This document shows, in pieces, positions 63,359 to 64,000 of a stretch of DNA of 64,000 bases (its first letter is position 1; each line of letters opens with the position of its first letter). Origin of the DNA: an uncultured Bacilli bacterium (GTDB lineage: Bacteria; Bacillota_I; Bacilli_A; RF39; UBA660); assembly GCA_934131695.1 (NCBI GenBank), contig CAKOZV010000002.1, positions 5,316-69,315 of the forward strand, read 5' to 3'. Both the position numbers and the translations under genes were made by a program. The notes below the pieces were generated by a model, which worked only from the letters and a program-made list of their open reading frames with translations, was not told the DNA's origin and did not search any database.

Positions 63359-64000
63359 TTATATCATATTTTTACTACTTAACTTCATCATAAGTTTATC
63401 TATAAGCATTTCAAAGAAAGTATATAATCTATGTGATAAATACATTAAGATAAATGCTAGAAAAATCATAAAGACATTAAAATGTGTTATAGAAAATAAA
63501 GTAGTTAAGTTAAAGATAGCATATATAAATAGATAAAACATTGTACTAAATAGAATTAGTCTTATTCTATTAAATGGTCTACATATCTTAAATAAAAGAA
63601 TAAATGACGTATAACCAGTCAAAGTTAAACATAGGGTTGATATTTTAGCATAACTAAGACTAAACATCTGCCCTGCTAAACAAATTAGTAAAATATTTAA
63701 AATAATTGTAAATGCCGGTGGTGCTGATTTCTTTAAGACATTCACTAAGAATTTTCCTTTTACTCTTTCTTTATTGGGTTCAAGTGCCAAGACAAACGAT
63801 GGTATTCCAATAGTTACTACACTAGCAAGTGTTAACTGAATAGGAATAAAAGGATAAGACATTTCAATGAAAAGAAATAAGAAAGCAAGTATTCCTGCAT
63901 AAATAGTTTTAACTAGGAATAAAGAGGCTGATCTTTCAAGATTATTTATACTTCTTCTCCCCTCTGCTACTACACTAGGCATAGAAGCAAAATTAGAATC
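63359..64000 (-). CDS. P-type cation-transporting ATPase, C-terminal membrane part only (gene continues beyond the window end)
   Basis: The frame is open to base 64000 (..DSNFASMPSVVAEGRRSINNLERSASLFLVKT..). This is the conserved post-hinge segment of P-type ATPases, followed by TM helices. Confidence 0.8.
   Translation of the reverse strand, partial: DSNFASMPSVVAEGRRSINNLERSASLFLVKTIYAGILAFLFLFIEMSYPFIPIQLTLASVVTIGIPSFVLALEPNKERVKGKFLVNVLKKSAPPAFTIILNILLICLAGQMFSLSYAKISTLCLTLTGYTSFILLFKICRPFNRIRLILFSTMFYLFIYAIFNLTTLFSITHFNVFMIFLAFILMYLSHRLYTFFEMLIDKLMMKLSSKNMI

Noticed and set aside
1-64000. CRISPR arrays, rRNA operons, intact prophage
   Set aside because: No regularly spaced direct repeats, no rRNA-like sequence adjacent to the tRNA clusters, and no capsid, terminase or tail-like ORFs were seen.

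Overview
Very AT-rich chromosomal segment from an endospore-forming low-GC Bacillota. The sporulation assignment rests on sigG, ylmC/ymxH, a yunB-like gene and tandem cotY/cotZ-like genes. The host uses the standard code: TGA is a stop at 12268 and 21416. Most of the window is housekeeping. It carries a heterodimeric ABC exporter pair, two-component systems, an FtsW/RodA-family gene, sepF-divIVA and a small alarmone synthetase. It also carries hsp20, htpG, a ttcA-like/cysteine desulfurase pair, the copZ-copA copper operon, recG and 16 tRNA genes (a 10-gene minus-strand cluster, a 3-gene plus-strand cluster and three singletons). No rRNA gene or CRISPR array was seen. Two regions look accessory. 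(1) 23.2-26.8 kb holds a decayed tyrosine-recombinase plus IS91-like transposase element. Its transposase frame is broken only by two TGA codons, at least one at a conserved Trp position. The element sits between inverted copies of a promoter-like 24-44 bp repeat, next to a solo HerA-like ATPase and an orphan 253-aa ORF. (2) 38.5-50.4 kb, between copA and recG, is a defence-type island containing five modules: a Dam-family methyltransferase with an 874-aa orphan gene; a translationally coupled NUDIX / SRA-like-HNH pair (candidate type IV restriction); two tandem SPPY (beta-class) DNA methyltransferases; a convergent operon of a PD-(D/E)xK nuclease and a protein with all hallmark motifs of the tRNA-guanine transglycosylase (TGT/DpdA) fold; and a KAP-family P-loop NTPase. 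The TGT-like/nuclease/methyltransferase module is my best candidate for an undescribed system. Other items of note are a 1489-aa protein with internal repeats and an archaeal-CCA-enzyme-like nucleotidyltransferase C-terminus, CIRCE-like operators with an embedded -35 box upstream of hsp20 and htpG, a candidate type I toxin-antitoxin locus, and a hairpin occluding the sigG ribosome-binding site. All functional calls come from motif recognition by eye; no database search was possible.
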